This document shows, in pieces, positions 39,280-48,350 of a stretch of DNA of 64,000 nt. The DNA lies in contig OZ245817.1 of the NCBI GenBank assembly GCA_965228475.1, positions 4,032,001 to 4,096,000 of the forward strand, in the 5' to 3' direction. The notes beneath the pieces are model-generated. The model had not been told where the DNA came from and ran no database searches. It saw only the letters and a list, made by a program, of their open reading frames with translations. Position 1 is the stretch's first letter. Each line of letters opens with the position of its first letter. A program made the translations under genes and the position numbers. This DNA is from Myxococcota bacterium (GTDB taxonomy: Bacteria; Myxococcota_A; UBA9160; JAFDDA01).

Positions 39280-41658
39280 GTGCCGTTGCGCATCGCTGAG
39301 AAGACGCTCGAACGCCTGGAGTGGCCGCGCCTGCGCGAACGGCTGGCGGCGCTCGCCCGGACCCCGGGCGGGCGAGCCCACTGCCTCGAGGGCGACCTCT
39401 TCCACGAAGACGGCGAAGCGGTCCGCGAAGCCCTCGCCGAAACCGCCGAAGCGGCGGCGCTCCTCGGCGCGGGTGCGGACGTCCCGCTCGGCGGCATCCG
39501 CGAGCTCGGCCCGATCTTCCGGCGCCTCGGCAAGGGCGGCGTGCTCGAGGCGCGCGAACTGCTCGACCTCGCCGGCACGCTCCACGCCTTCCATGCGACC
39601 GAGCGCTTCTTCGAGCAGCACGGGGAAACCGCGCCCCGCCTCGCGCGGCGCGCGAACGGGATCGTCCCCCAGCGCGACCTCGCCGAGGAGATCGACCACT
39701 GCATCGACGCCGAGGGCCAGGTCAAGGATTCCGCCTCCCGCGCCCTGCGCGAGGCGCGCTCCGAGGTGCGCTCGCTCTCGGGCGAACTCGAGCGCCGGCT
39801 CGACCGCTACCTCCAGGACCCGGACGTAAAGGCCGCGCTCTCGGACCGCTTCTTCACCATGCGCAACGACCGCTACGTCCTGCCGGTGCGGGCCGACTCG
39901 CGCGGCGCGGTGCGCGGCATCGTCCACGACGCCTCGGGCTCCGGGACGACGCTCTTCATCGAGCCCGAAGCGGTCGTCGAGCTGAACAACCGGCTGAAGA
40001 GCGCCGAGCTGACGATCGAGCGCGAGTGCCTGCGCGTGCTGCGCGAACTCTCGGAGCGGGCCGGCCGCGCCGCCGGCGAGATCCGCGAGAGCCTCGGCGT
40101 GCTCGAAGCCCTCGACGCGATCGGCTGCCGGGCGCGGCTTGCCGAGGCCCTCGACGCGGTCGAGCCGGAGGTCGGCGACGAGGGCATCGTGCGCCTCCCG
40201 CTGCTGCGTCACCCGCTGATCGATCCGGAGGAGGTCGTGCCGAGCGACCTCGCGGTCGGCGAGCACTATCAGGTGCTCGTGATCTCCGGCCCGAACGCCG
40301 GCGGGAAGACCGTCGGCATGAAGGCCCTCGGGCTCGCGGCCCTCCTCACCCACGCGGGCTGCTTCGTCCCCTGCGCCGCGGGGGCGCGCGTCGACGTGCT
40401 GCAGCGCATCGTCGCGGACATCGGCGACGAGCAGGACATCCGCGAGAGCCTCTCCACCTTCTCCGCGCACATGGCGAACCTCGCCGAGATCGTGGCCGGC
40501 GCCGGGCCGGGCACCCTCGTCGTGCTCGACGAGATCGGCCAGGGCACGGACCCGAGCGAGGGGGCCGCCCTCGCCCAGGCGATCCTCGAGGGCCTGGCCG
40601 ACGCGGGGGCTCGGGTGGTCGCGACGACCCACTTCAACCTCCTGAAGGAGATGGCCGAGGTCGACTCCCGCTTCGAGAACGCGAGCGTCGAGTTCCATCC
40701 GGAGACCCTCGCGCCGACCTACCGGCTCCACACCGGAACGCCCGGCGCCTCCTCGGCGACGGCGGTCGCCTCCCGGATGGGCCTGCGCGCCGACGTGCTC
40801 GAGCGCGCGAACGCGCTCCTCGAGCGCGAGGACCGGCGCCTCGACCGCATGCTCTCCGAGCTCGCCGCGAGTCGCGTGACCCTCGACGCGGAGCAGCGCG
40901 AAGCCCGGCGCCTGCGCGACGAGTCCGAAGCCGCCCGCGCCGAGTACCGGGCCAAGCTCGAGCGGCTCCAGGAGCGCCGCGACCAGCTCTTCGAGAGCAT
41001 GAAGACGGACCTCGAGGGCGCCTTCCGCGACGCCCACGGCCAGGTCGCCGCCGTGATCCGGGACCTCCAGCGCGGCGGAACGGCTCGCGACGCCGCCCAC
41101 GCCCGGGAACGCCTGCTCGGCCTCGAGGACCGGGCGCGCGAGGCAGAACGCGAGGTCGAGGCGCGGACGCCCGCCAGCGAGCCGCGCGGAACGCCCATGG
41201 ACTGGCAGCGCGCGAAGCCCGGCGCCGCGGTCGACGTGGTGGGCGTCGGCGCCGGGACCCTCGACAGCCTTCCCGACCGGCGCGGCCGCGTCGCGGTCCA
41301 CGTCGGAACGACGCGCGTCGTCGTCCCGGCCGAGCGGGTGCACGCCGCTCCGGGCACGGCCCCGGCGCGCCGCCGCCCGGCCGACGCCGTCACGGCACCC
41401 ACCCTGGCCGGGGGGACCACCCACTGCGACCTGCGCGGCATGCGCGTCGAGCAGGCTCTCGACGAAGTGGAGCAGGTGCTCGACCGCGCCGCCGGCGACG
41501 GGCGCGACCGCGTCTCCATCGTCCACGGCAAGGGGACGGGCGCGCTCCGCGATGCGATCCGCAGCTACCTGAGCCGCTCTCCCTACGTCGTCCGCTCGAC
41601 GCCGGGCGCGGCCGAAGAAGGCGGCGACGGCGTGACCCTGGTGGATCTCCGGGACTGA
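39280..41658 (+). CDS. mutS2: MutS2 with C-terminal Smr domain
   Basis: GIVHDASGSGTTLFIEP, GPNAGGKT, DIGDEQ, STFSAHM, DEIGQGTDPSEG, DLRGMRV, HGKGTGALR. Confidence 0.95.
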   Translation: MPLRIAEKTLERLEWPRLRERLAALARTPGGRAHCLEGDLFHEDGEAVREALAETAEAAALLGAGADVPLGGIRELGPIFRRLGKGGVLEARELLDLAGTLHAFHATERFFEQHGETAPRLARRANGIVPQRDLAEEIDHCIDAEGQVKDSASRALREARSEVRSLSGELERRLDRYLQDPDVKAALSDRFFTMRNDRYVLPVRADSRGAVRGIVHDASGSGTTLFIEPEAVVELNNRLKSAELTIERECLRVLRELSERAGRAAGEIRESLGVLEALDAIGCRARLAEALDAVEPEVGDEGIVRLPLLRHPLIDPEEVVPSDLAVGEHYQVLVISGPNAGGKTVGMKALGLAALLTHAGCFVPCAAGARVDVLQRIVADIGDEQDIRESLSTFSAHMANLAEIVAGAGPGTLVVLDEIGQGTDPSEGAALAQAILEGLADAGARVVATTHFNLLKEMAEVDSRFENASVEFHPETLAPTYRLHTGTPGASSATAVASRMGLRADVLERANALLEREDRRLDRMLSELAASRVTLDAEQREARRLRDESEAARAEYRAKLERLQERRDQLFESMKTDLEGAFRDAHGQVAAVIRDLQRGGTARDAAHARERLLGLEDRAREAEREVEARTPASEPRGTPMDWQRAKPGAAVDVVGVGAGTLDSLPDRRGRVAVHVGTTRVVVPAERVHAAPGTAPARRRPADAVTAPTLAGGTTHCDLRGMRVEQALDEVEQVLDRAAGDGRDRVSIVHGKGTGALRDAIRSYLSRSPYVVRSTPGAAEEGGDGVTLVDLRD

Positions 41659-41666
41659 GACCGGCG

Positions 41667-43001
41667 CTAGCCGAGATCGGCGCAGAGCTCCGCGGCGGCC
41701 CGGTGGCCCGAGGAGACGGCGGACTCGAGCCAAGGCCCGGCGAGGTGGTCGCCGGCGAAGTAGAGGCGCCGCCCCGCAGCGCGGCGGTCCGCGTGGACGC
41801 GGCGGAAGGCGGCGAGCCGGCGGAAGTGGCCGGGTTCGAAGCGGGGCATGGCTGCCTCCCAGCGGGTGACGCGGCGGAAGAGCGCCTCTCCGCGAAGCTC
41901 GGGAACGTGACGCTCGAGCAGCCCGACGAGCTCCTTCTCGACGACGTCGTCGGCGACGCCGGACCAGCGCGCTGCGGCGTCGGCCGTGGCCACCGCGACG
42001 GCCACGCCTCCCGCCTCGGGGAGGCCCTGGGCCCCGTCCCCGGCGAGGAGGCTGATCGCCTCGATCGGAAGCCCTTCGGACGAAGGCACCCAGATGCGCC
42101 GCGACACGCCGAAGCGTCGCTCGGCCAGGCCGATGCTGAGGGTCAGGGCCGGCGCATGGGCGACGCCGCCGAGGAAGTCCTGCTCGGCGGTGGCCAGCAC
42201 GCCCGGCGCGATCCGGATCGCGACCGGCGCCGGCACGGCCAGCACGACCGCGTCCGCGGGGGCGACGCCGCTTCCCGCCGCCGTTTCGAAGGCCACGTCG
42301 AAGCCGCCGTCGCTGCGCTTGGTGACCTCACCGACGCGGCAGCCCGTGCGCACGTCGAGGCCGCGGGCCCGCTCGGAGAGGAAGGCCCCGAAGCCGCCCC
42401 GGACATGCGCGAGGGGCGCGGCGCGATGCGTCTCCGCGCGGAGCAGGAACAGGAGCCGGCTCGTGTCCTCGGGCCGCTGGAAGGTGCCGGCGGTGGCCAT
42501 CGGCCCGATCCAGCGCTCGGCCACGCTCGCGCCGAAGTAGAGCTTCGCGAAGTCGCGCAGCGAGCGGTCGTCCCAGCGCGCCGCGCGCTCCGGAGCGTCG
42601 GCGTCGAGGACCGAGCGGTAGCGGGCCATCAGGCGGTCGAGCCGCATGAGCCGGAGCGCATCGAGGTTGCGGACGCCCGGGATCCGGGCCACGCCGAAGC
42701 GGCTCGAGAAGTCGATCGCGGTCGTGTCGCCGCCGCGAATCTGCGCCAGGCCGCCCGGGCCGAGGGCCCGGACGCGGCCGCCCTCCCCGGCCGCCGTGAG
42801 CCAGCCGAGCAGCCGGCGGTCGGCCATGGAAACCACGTGGCCGCCGGGGTCGAAGACCGCCCCGCCGGCCTCGCCGGACGCGGCGCGCCCACCCGGCGCC
42901 TCGGCCGCCTCGAGCACGGTCACCTCGCGGCCGGCTTCCGCCAGCTGGGAGGCCGCCGAGAGGCCCGCGGGCCCGGCTCCGATGACGACGACGCGCTGCA
43001 T
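41667..43001 (-). CDS. FAD-dependent oxidoreductase (protoporphyrinogen oxidase/amine oxidase family)
   Basis: VVVIGAGPAGL...LEA...GGR dinucleotide-binding motif; C-terminal FAGDHL...ESAVSSG. Confidence 0.85.
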   Translation of the reverse strand: MQRVVVIGAGPAGLSAASQLAEAGREVTVLEAAEAPGGRAASGEAGGAVFDPGGHVVSMADRRLLGWLTAAGEGGRVRALGPGGLAQIRGGDTTAIDFSSRFGVARIPGVRNLDALRLMRLDRLMARYRSVLDADAPERAARWDDRSLRDFAKLYFGASVAERWIGPMATAGTFQRPEDTSRLLFLLRAETHRAAPLAHVRGGFGAFLSERARGLDVRTGCRVGEVTKRSDGGFDVAFETAAGSGVAPADAVVLAVPAPVAIRIAPGVLATAEQDFLGGVAHAPALTLSIGLAERRFGVSRRIWVPSSEGLPIEAISLLAGDGAQGLPEAGGVAVAVATADAAARWSGVADDVVEKELVGLLERHVPELRGEALFRRVTRWEAAMPRFEPGHFRRLAAFRRVHADRRAAGRRLYFAGDHLAGPWLESAVSSGHRAAAELCADLG

Positions 43002-43154
43002 GGCGGCCGAGCCTAGCACCCCGGGGGCGTGAACCCCCTCCGCCCCCGGCGCGTACTAGGGGGCGTGAGTGAAGCCCTTCTCGCCGAGAACGGCCCCTGG
43101 TGGGCCCCGAGAACCGCGGTGGCCGCCGGGCGGAAGTGGGTATGGTCCGGCTCG

Positions 43155-43715
43155 ATGGCGAGCGACGAGGAATGCATGGCCCGGGTCGCCCAGGGCGACG
43201 ACGAGGCCCTGGCCGAGCTGCTCGGCCGCTTCCGCGGGCCGCTCTATGGGTTCCTCTCGCGCCGGGTCCCGTCCTCGGAGACCGACGATCTCTTCCAGGA
43301 GACCTGGCTGCGGGTCGTCCGCTACCGCGACCGCTTCGACCCGAAGCGGCGCTTCTCGACCTGGCTCTTCCAGATCGCGAACAACCTGTGCCGCGACCGG
43401 GCGCGCCGGCGCGAGGTGAGGGAGCGCCATCGGACGGCGAGCCAGGCCGAGGCCCAGGCCGACCCGGCGCGCACCACGCCGCCGCCCCTCGACCGCGATC
43501 TCGACATGCGCCGACGCGTGTCCGCGCTGCCGGATCCGCTCCGCGAGGTCCTCGTCCTCCGCTACTACCGCGACCTCCCCGAGAAGGAGATCGCGAAGAT
43601 CGTGGGCATCCCGCCGGGAACGGTGAAGAGCCGCCTGCACAAGGCCGTGAAGACGCTGCGCGCGGGCCTCGCGGAAGAGGACGCCGTCTGCGAGGAGAAC
43701 GACGATGACCGCTGA
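43155..43715 (+). CDS. ECF RNA polymerase sigma factor
   Basis: DDLFQETWLRV, FSTWLFQIANNLCRD (region 2); EIAKIVGIPPGTVKSRLHKA (region 4). Confidence 0.93.
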   Translation: MASDEECMARVAQGDDEALAELLGRFRGPLYGFLSRRVPSSETDDLFQETWLRVVRYRDRFDPKRRFSTWLFQIANNLCRDRARRREVRERHRTASQAEAQADPARTTPPPLDRDLDMRRRVSALPDPLREVLVLRYYRDLPEKEIAKIVGIPPGTVKSRLHKAVKTLRAGLAEEDAVCEENDDDR

Positions 43716-44223
43716 AGCTTCGCGCTGCGAGGCCGTCCAGGCACGGCTTTCCGACGCGCTCCTCGCCGGAACGGTCGCGGCGGAGACGGACCGCCAGCAC
43801 GCCGCGGGCTGCGCGGACTGCGGCGCCTTCGAGCGCGACACCGCGCGGCTCGCGCGGGCCTTCGCGGCGGACGCCCTCCCGAACGCGAGCGACGCCCTGG
43901 TGAACGCCACCCTCGAGCGCGCGAAGGCCGAGCTCGCGGCGCCCGACCCGGAGCGGGCGGCGATCCCCGAGGGCTACCGCCGCGAGTTCGGCCGCCTGCT
44001 CGGCGCGGCGCTCCTGCCGCTGCCGATCGTGCTGGCCTGGAACGCGACCGTCCTCTCGATCGGCGGCGACCTGCTCGGCGGCCTCCTCCCGGCCGGCCTC
44101 CTCCAGGCCGCCGGCACCGCCTACGTCCTGGCCGGCGCGACCTGGCTCGGCTGCCTGTACGGATCCCTTCCCCTGGTGGCGCATCGCACGATGCACCGCC
44201 GCGCCTTGGAGATGGCCTCATGA
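43705..44223 (+). CDS. Zinc-binding membrane-anchored anti-sigma factor
   Basis: N-terminal Cys plus HAAGCADC (HxxxCxxC); two hydrophobic segments; overlaps the sigma factor gene. Confidence 0.75.
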   Translation: MTAEASRCEAVQARLSDALLAGTVAAETDRQHAAGCADCGAFERDTARLARAFAADALPNASDALVNATLERAKAELAAPDPERAAIPEGYRREFGRLLGAALLPLPIVLAWNATVLSIGGDLLGGLLPAGLLQAAGTAYVLAGATWLGCLYGSLPLVAHRTMHRRALEMAS

Positions 44224-44546
44224 CCGAAACCAGAACCTGCCCCTACTGCGCGGAGTCGATCCGCGCCGAAGCGATCAAGTGCCGATACTGCGGCTCGATG
44301 GTCTCGGCCTTCCCGCTGGCGACGGAGTGGGTGCGGAAGGAGAACGGCCGCATGATGGCCGGCGTCTGCGCCGGGCTCGCCGAACGCTTCACCGTCTCGG
44401 TGACGGTCATCCGGCTCGCCTTCGTGCTCGGCTTCCTCTTCTCCGGGGGCGCCGCCGCGATCCTCTACATGGTGCTCTGGGTGATCATGCCCCTCGAGAT
44501 CCCGCGGGACTTCGACGCGGACTACGTCGGCCAGGACGACTACTGA
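44220..44546 (+). CDS. Zinc-ribbon plus PspC domain protein
   Basis: CPYCAESIRAEAIKCRYC followed by MMAGVCAGLAERF...IRLAFV...LYMVLWVIMP. Confidence 0.88.
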   Translation: MTETRTCPYCAESIRAEAIKCRYCGSMVSAFPLATEWVRKENGRMMAGVCAGLAERFTVSVTVIRLAFVLGFLFSGGAAAILYMVLWVIMPLEIPRDFDADYVGQDDY

Positions 44547-44566
44547 AGGAGCGGTAGCGGCCGGGC

Positions 44567-47092
44567 CTAGCCCGAGATGCGGCGCGTGAGGGCCGCGATC
44601 ACGTCGGCCAGGGTGTCGAAGGGCTCGTAGGGAACACCCTGCCGGTCGAGCTCCGGCGCGAGGGTGTCCTTCGCGAAGGCCCAGTCCGCGGCGCGCGCGC
44701 CGCAGAGATCCGAAACACGGCCGTTCCCGATGTGGGCCACCGGCACGCCCGGGTTCCGGCGGCGGAACTGTTCGATGCGGCCGCGCTTGCAGGTGCCGGT
44801 GCCGCACCCGCACGCGGGGTTCGGGAAGCCCGCGGCGATGCCCCAGCGGTCGCCTTCGTACCAGAGCCGGTTGCACTCGTACTCGAAGCGGACGCCGAAG
44901 CGCTCCTGCAGCCGGTCGAGGTTGCGGTCGAAGCCGTCCGAGAGCACGCGGAAGGGCACGCCGCGGTCCGCGCACCAATCGACGAGATCGCTCGCCCCCG
45001 GGTCGAGCTCGACGGACATCAGGAATTCTTCGAGGGCCTCGGGCGGGCACGGGAGACCGTGCAGGATCTCGAGGTTGTACTCCCAGGCCGTGGTCTCGCC
45101 GCGCTCGTAGCGCTCCCAGGCAGCCGGCCGGCGGTCCGCCGCATACTGCTTCGCCAGGGTCGAACCGACGTCCTGCACCAGGAACGTCCCGTCGAAATCG
45201 CAGAAGACGGCGCAGGGCGGCGGCGGGCCTTCGCGCACGACCTGGGCGCTGCGCCCCGGGAGCGTCACGCCGGCGCACTCGGCGGTCTCGTCGGAGCCGT
45301 TCACGTGGGCGCGGATCGTCCTCGTCCCGTCGCTCGCGGAGGTCCCCTTCGCAAAGCCGGGCTCGAAGACGCCGAGGGTCCGGACCGCGCGGCCGCCGCC
45401 GATGCGATCCACGGCGCGCGCCCCGTCCAGGGTGTCGAGGAGCAGCGCGCGCCCCTCGTCCCCGAGGTGCTGCCAGTCGTCGCTGAAGATCAGCATGCCG
45501 GCGCTGCCGGCGATCGAGGCGCCGAGCGTCGCGGCCTCGTTCGGGGTCAGGTTCGTGTCGCTCGTGCGGGCCATCAGGCAGTCCGGGTCGTTCAGCCAGA
45601 GGCGCCGGTGCTGGAAGGCCCGGGCGAGCACGTTGCGGACGGCGCTGCGCGTCGAAGGCTGCGTCGGCTCGATCCCGGGGATCTTGATCGGTGCATCGTT
45701 TCCCCAGCGCGGGGCTACGTCCGGGCCGATGCGCATGCCGTCGACGACGCCCACCGCGGGCCCGAGCGGGCAGCCGCAGCCGAGGATGAAATCGCGCTCG
45801 CCGACGCCGCGGCGGACCGCTTCGAGCCCGGCGCGCAGCCGTTCGGCCCGGGTCACCTGCATGTCCGCCGCCACCGAGGGCATCGCCGCGGAGAAGAGGA
45901 AGTCGATCTTGTGGTAGACGAAGCCGAGGTCGTGGATCTCGCGGAACGTCTTCTCGAGGTGCGCGACGACCTCCGCGCGGGTCGTGTCGAGGACGTGGAC
46001 CGCGCCGTCCTCCGGGTTCCAGGTGGGATGCACGAGGCCGCGGAAGAACGCGCCGGCCTCGTCGCGAAGGAACCACTCGGGGTGGTCTTCGAAGACGCGG
46101 CTCTTCGGCACCGCGTTGAAGGGCGCCGTCCAGAGCCCCGGCAGGAAGCCCGCGGACCGGATGCCCTCGGCCACCGGCGCGAGGCCGCGCGGGAACTTCG
46201 CGTTGGTTTCGAGCCAATCGCCGATCTCGCGCTGGAAGCCGTCGTCGAGCTGCACGACGGAGATCGGCACCTCGTTGCGCGCGGCGGCGAGCGCGTCGAG
46301 ATTCCGCAGCAGATCCTCTTCGGTGACGTCGTGGAAGAAGTGGTACCAGCTGCACCAGCCGGCCTGGAAGGGCGCGTCGCTGCGCGCGGCGCCGAAGGCA
46401 CCGTGGGCGTCGGCGTGCTCCTGAAGGAGCCGGTTCACGTCGGTCCCGACGGCGGCGCGCACGGGCTCGAGGCCGCGGCGCTCCCCCGGCGCGAGTTCGG
46501 TTTCGAGCACGAGTTCGACGGCGAGGCGGACTTCCTCGGGGCCGGGCCGGAGATGGACGACGCCGAACTCTCCGCCGCGCTCGAGCACGCCGACGCAGCA
46601 GGCCGGGCCTTCGTCGGAGGCGCCCACCGCCGCGAGGAGGTGCGACTCGTGCCAGCCACCGCGATCCGCCGGCGGCGCGCCCCGCGCATGGAACATGCTG
46701 CGCAGCCACTCGCCGCTCGGGAAGGGTTCCGGCCCCGCTTCGTCGAGGGCCTCGGCGCAGGTCTCCGACCACGACTGCCAGCCGTGCTTCAGGAAGCGCA
46801 GATCCTTCAGGCCGTGGTCGCGCCAGCGCAGGCCGAGGAAGACCGACTCCACCTGGACCGGCGCCTCCGAGACATTTTGGACGGAGAGGTCGACCCGCGC
46901 GTGGTCGCCCTGCCCGTCGAGCGCGATCCCGATCTCGAGCGGACCGACGCGCACCCGCCCGGGGGCGAAGACCGCCTCGCCGACGGTCGGCGCGCCGCCT
47001 CCGACGGAGACCCCGGGCGCGAAGCGCGCCCCGACCTCCTGGGCGGTGAGTTGACCGGAGCCCTGAGCTTTGGCGATGGCGGAACGGAACAT
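44567..47092 (-). CDS. GH36 alpha-galactosidase fused to a C-terminal MtnX-like HAD-IB phosphatase
   Basis: HGWQSWS, GWCSWY, QLDDG, KIDF, MRIGPDV, NDPD; then in the same frame FCDFDGT, LSDGF, GTCK, HIGNGRVSD, FAKD. Confidence 0.85.
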   Translation of the reverse strand: MFRSAIAKAQGSGQLTAQEVGARFAPGVSVGGGAPTVGEAVFAPGRVRVGPLEIGIALDGQGDHARVDLSVQNVSEAPVQVESVFLGLRWRDHGLKDLRFLKHGWQSWSETCAEALDEAGPEPFPSGEWLRSMFHARGAPPADRGGWHESHLLAAVGASDEGPACCVGVLERGGEFGVVHLRPGPEEVRLAVELVLETELAPGERRGLEPVRAAVGTDVNRLLQEHADAHGAFGAARSDAPFQAGWCSWYHFFHDVTEEDLLRNLDALAAARNEVPISVVQLDDGFQREIGDWLETNAKFPRGLAPVAEGIRSAGFLPGLWTAPFNAVPKSRVFEDHPEWFLRDEAGAFFRGLVHPTWNPEDGAVHVLDTTRAEVVAHLEKTFREIHDLGFVYHKIDFLFSAAMPSVAADMQVTRAERLRAGLEAVRRGVGERDFILGCGCPLGPAVGVVDGMRIGPDVAPRWGNDAPIKIPGIEPTQPSTRSAVRNVLARAFQHRRLWLNDPDCLMARTSDTNLTPNEAATLGASIAGSAGMLIFSDDWQHLGDEGRALLLDTLDGARAVDRIGGGRAVRTLGVFEPGFAKGTSASDGTRTIRAHVNGSDETAECAGVTLPGRSAQVVREGPPPPCAVFCDFDGTFLVQDVGSTLAKQYAADRRPAAWERYERGETTAWEYNLEILHGLPCPPEALEEFLMSVELDPGASDLVDWCADRGVPFRVLSDGFDRNLDRLQERFGVRFEYECNRLWYEGDRWGIAAGFPNPACGCGTGTCKRGRIEQFRRRNPGVPVAHIGNGRVSDLCGARAADWAFAKDTLAPELDRQGVPYEPFDTLADVIAALTRRISG

Positions 47093-47113
47093 GGGCGGCA
47101 CAGTATAGGCGCC

Positions 47114-48109
47114 ATGTCCGCCATGTCCGAAGACGAAGCCCCGAAGGGCACGGCCGCAGGAGGTCTGCGGCGGGCCGCAGGAGCGGGCCGGGCCGAGGCG
47201 TTGCGGGAGCGGCTCCGCCGGGGCCCTCCCCTGCTGCTCGACGGCGCGCTCGGCACGGAGATCGAGCGCCGGGGCGCCCACGCCGGGCTCCCGCTCTGGT
47301 CGACCCACGCCCTCCTGGACGACCCGACGCTCGTCGAAGCGATCCACCTCGACTACCTGCGCGCGGGGAGCGAGCTGCTCGTCGCGGACACCTTCCGGAC
47401 CCAGCGGCGCACCCTCGCCCGCGCCGGGCTCGGGGAACGCACGGCCGGTCTGACCCGGCAGGCCGTGGACCTCGCGCGCGCGGCGGCTCATCACGACGGG
47501 TCCGCCTGCTTCGTAGCGGGCTCGATCCCGCCGCTCGAGGACTGCTACCGGCCGGACCTCGTGCCGGACGAGGCCGCCCTGGCCCGAGAGCACCGCGAGC
47601 ACGCCGGTCACCTGCTCGATGCCGGCGTCGACCTCGCCTTCGTCGAGACCATGAACTGCGCACGCGAAGCCCGCGCGGCCCTCGCGGCGTGTGCCGAGCT
47701 CGACCTGCCCGCGGCCGTTTCGTTCGTCTGCGATGCCGAGGCGCGGCTGCTCTCGGGCGAGCCCCTGGCCGAGGCCATCGAGACGATCGCTCCGATGGCA
47801 CCCCTGGCCATCGGCGTGAACTGCCTGCCCGCCGCGGCGGCGCAGGCGTCGCTGCCCGCACTGGCCGCGAGCGGTCTGCCCTTCTTCGTCTACGCCAACC
47901 TCGGCGCACCGACCGAGGAAGGCGGCTTCGAACGGAGCGACGCCCTTTCGCCGGAGGCGTTCGCCGAACACGCCCGGGCGTGGCTCGACGCGGGCGCGGC
48001 GGCCGTCGGCGGCTGCTGCGGCACGACCCCGGATCACATCCGCGCCGTTGGAAAGCTTCTTCCCAACTCGGGCGGATCCCGAACACAAATTGCGTCACCG
48101 CCTGCCTAG
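47114..48109 (+). CDS. Homocysteine S-methyltransferase family protein (start 47114 or 47123)
   Basis: LLDGALGTE, HLDYLRAG, GSIPPL, ETM, GVNC, GGCCGTTPDHI (Zn ligands). Confidence 0.92.
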   Translation: MSAMSEDEAPKGTAAGGLRRAAGAGRAEALRERLRRGPPLLLDGALGTEIERRGAHAGLPLWSTHALLDDPTLVEAIHLDYLRAGSELLVADTFRTQRRTLARAGLGERTAGLTRQAVDLARAAAHHDGSACFVAGSIPPLEDCYRPDLVPDEAALAREHREHAGHLLDAGVDLAFVETMNCAREARAALAACAELDLPAAVSFVCDAEARLLSGEPLAEAIETIAPMAPLAIGVNCLPAAAAQASLPALAASGLPFFVYANLGAPTEEGGFERSDALSPEAFAEHARAWLDAGAAAVGGCCGTTPDHIRAVGKLLPNSGGSRTQIASPPA

Positions 48110-48228
48110 GGCCTGCCTTCGGGCTTCGCGTTCCTGCTCGCCCGAAACCGGCAGCGAATGCGCCGACGGATCGATTTCACCAACAAGATCGGATACTTGG
48201 AGACTCGCCCCCGGAACGGCGTGGGGAG

Positions 48229-48244
48229 TGGCACGCGCCTTGCT
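48229..48244 (+). promoter_or_regulatory. Sigma54 (RpoN) -24/-12 promoter
   Basis: TGGCAC-GCGCC-TTGCT matches TGGCAC-N5-TTGC(A/T) exactly, in an intergenic region. Confidence 0.8.
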
Positions 48245-48254
48245 CTACCTACGA

Positions 48255-48338
48255 CACGACAGCAGCGAACGCTCCCCGCGCCCGGACTGAGTACCCCTCC
48301 CCTCGCATTGTGCGAGGACTCGGTCCGGGCGTTCCCTT
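48255..48338 (+). ncRNA. Candidate sigma54-dependent small RNA
   Basis: Directly downstream of the sigma54 promoter; 14-bp stem (one G-U) with 8-nt ACCCCUCC bulge, 7-bp inner stem and pyrimidine tail. Ends are estimates. Confidence 0.55.
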
Positions 48339-48350
48339 ATGTTCCGCACG

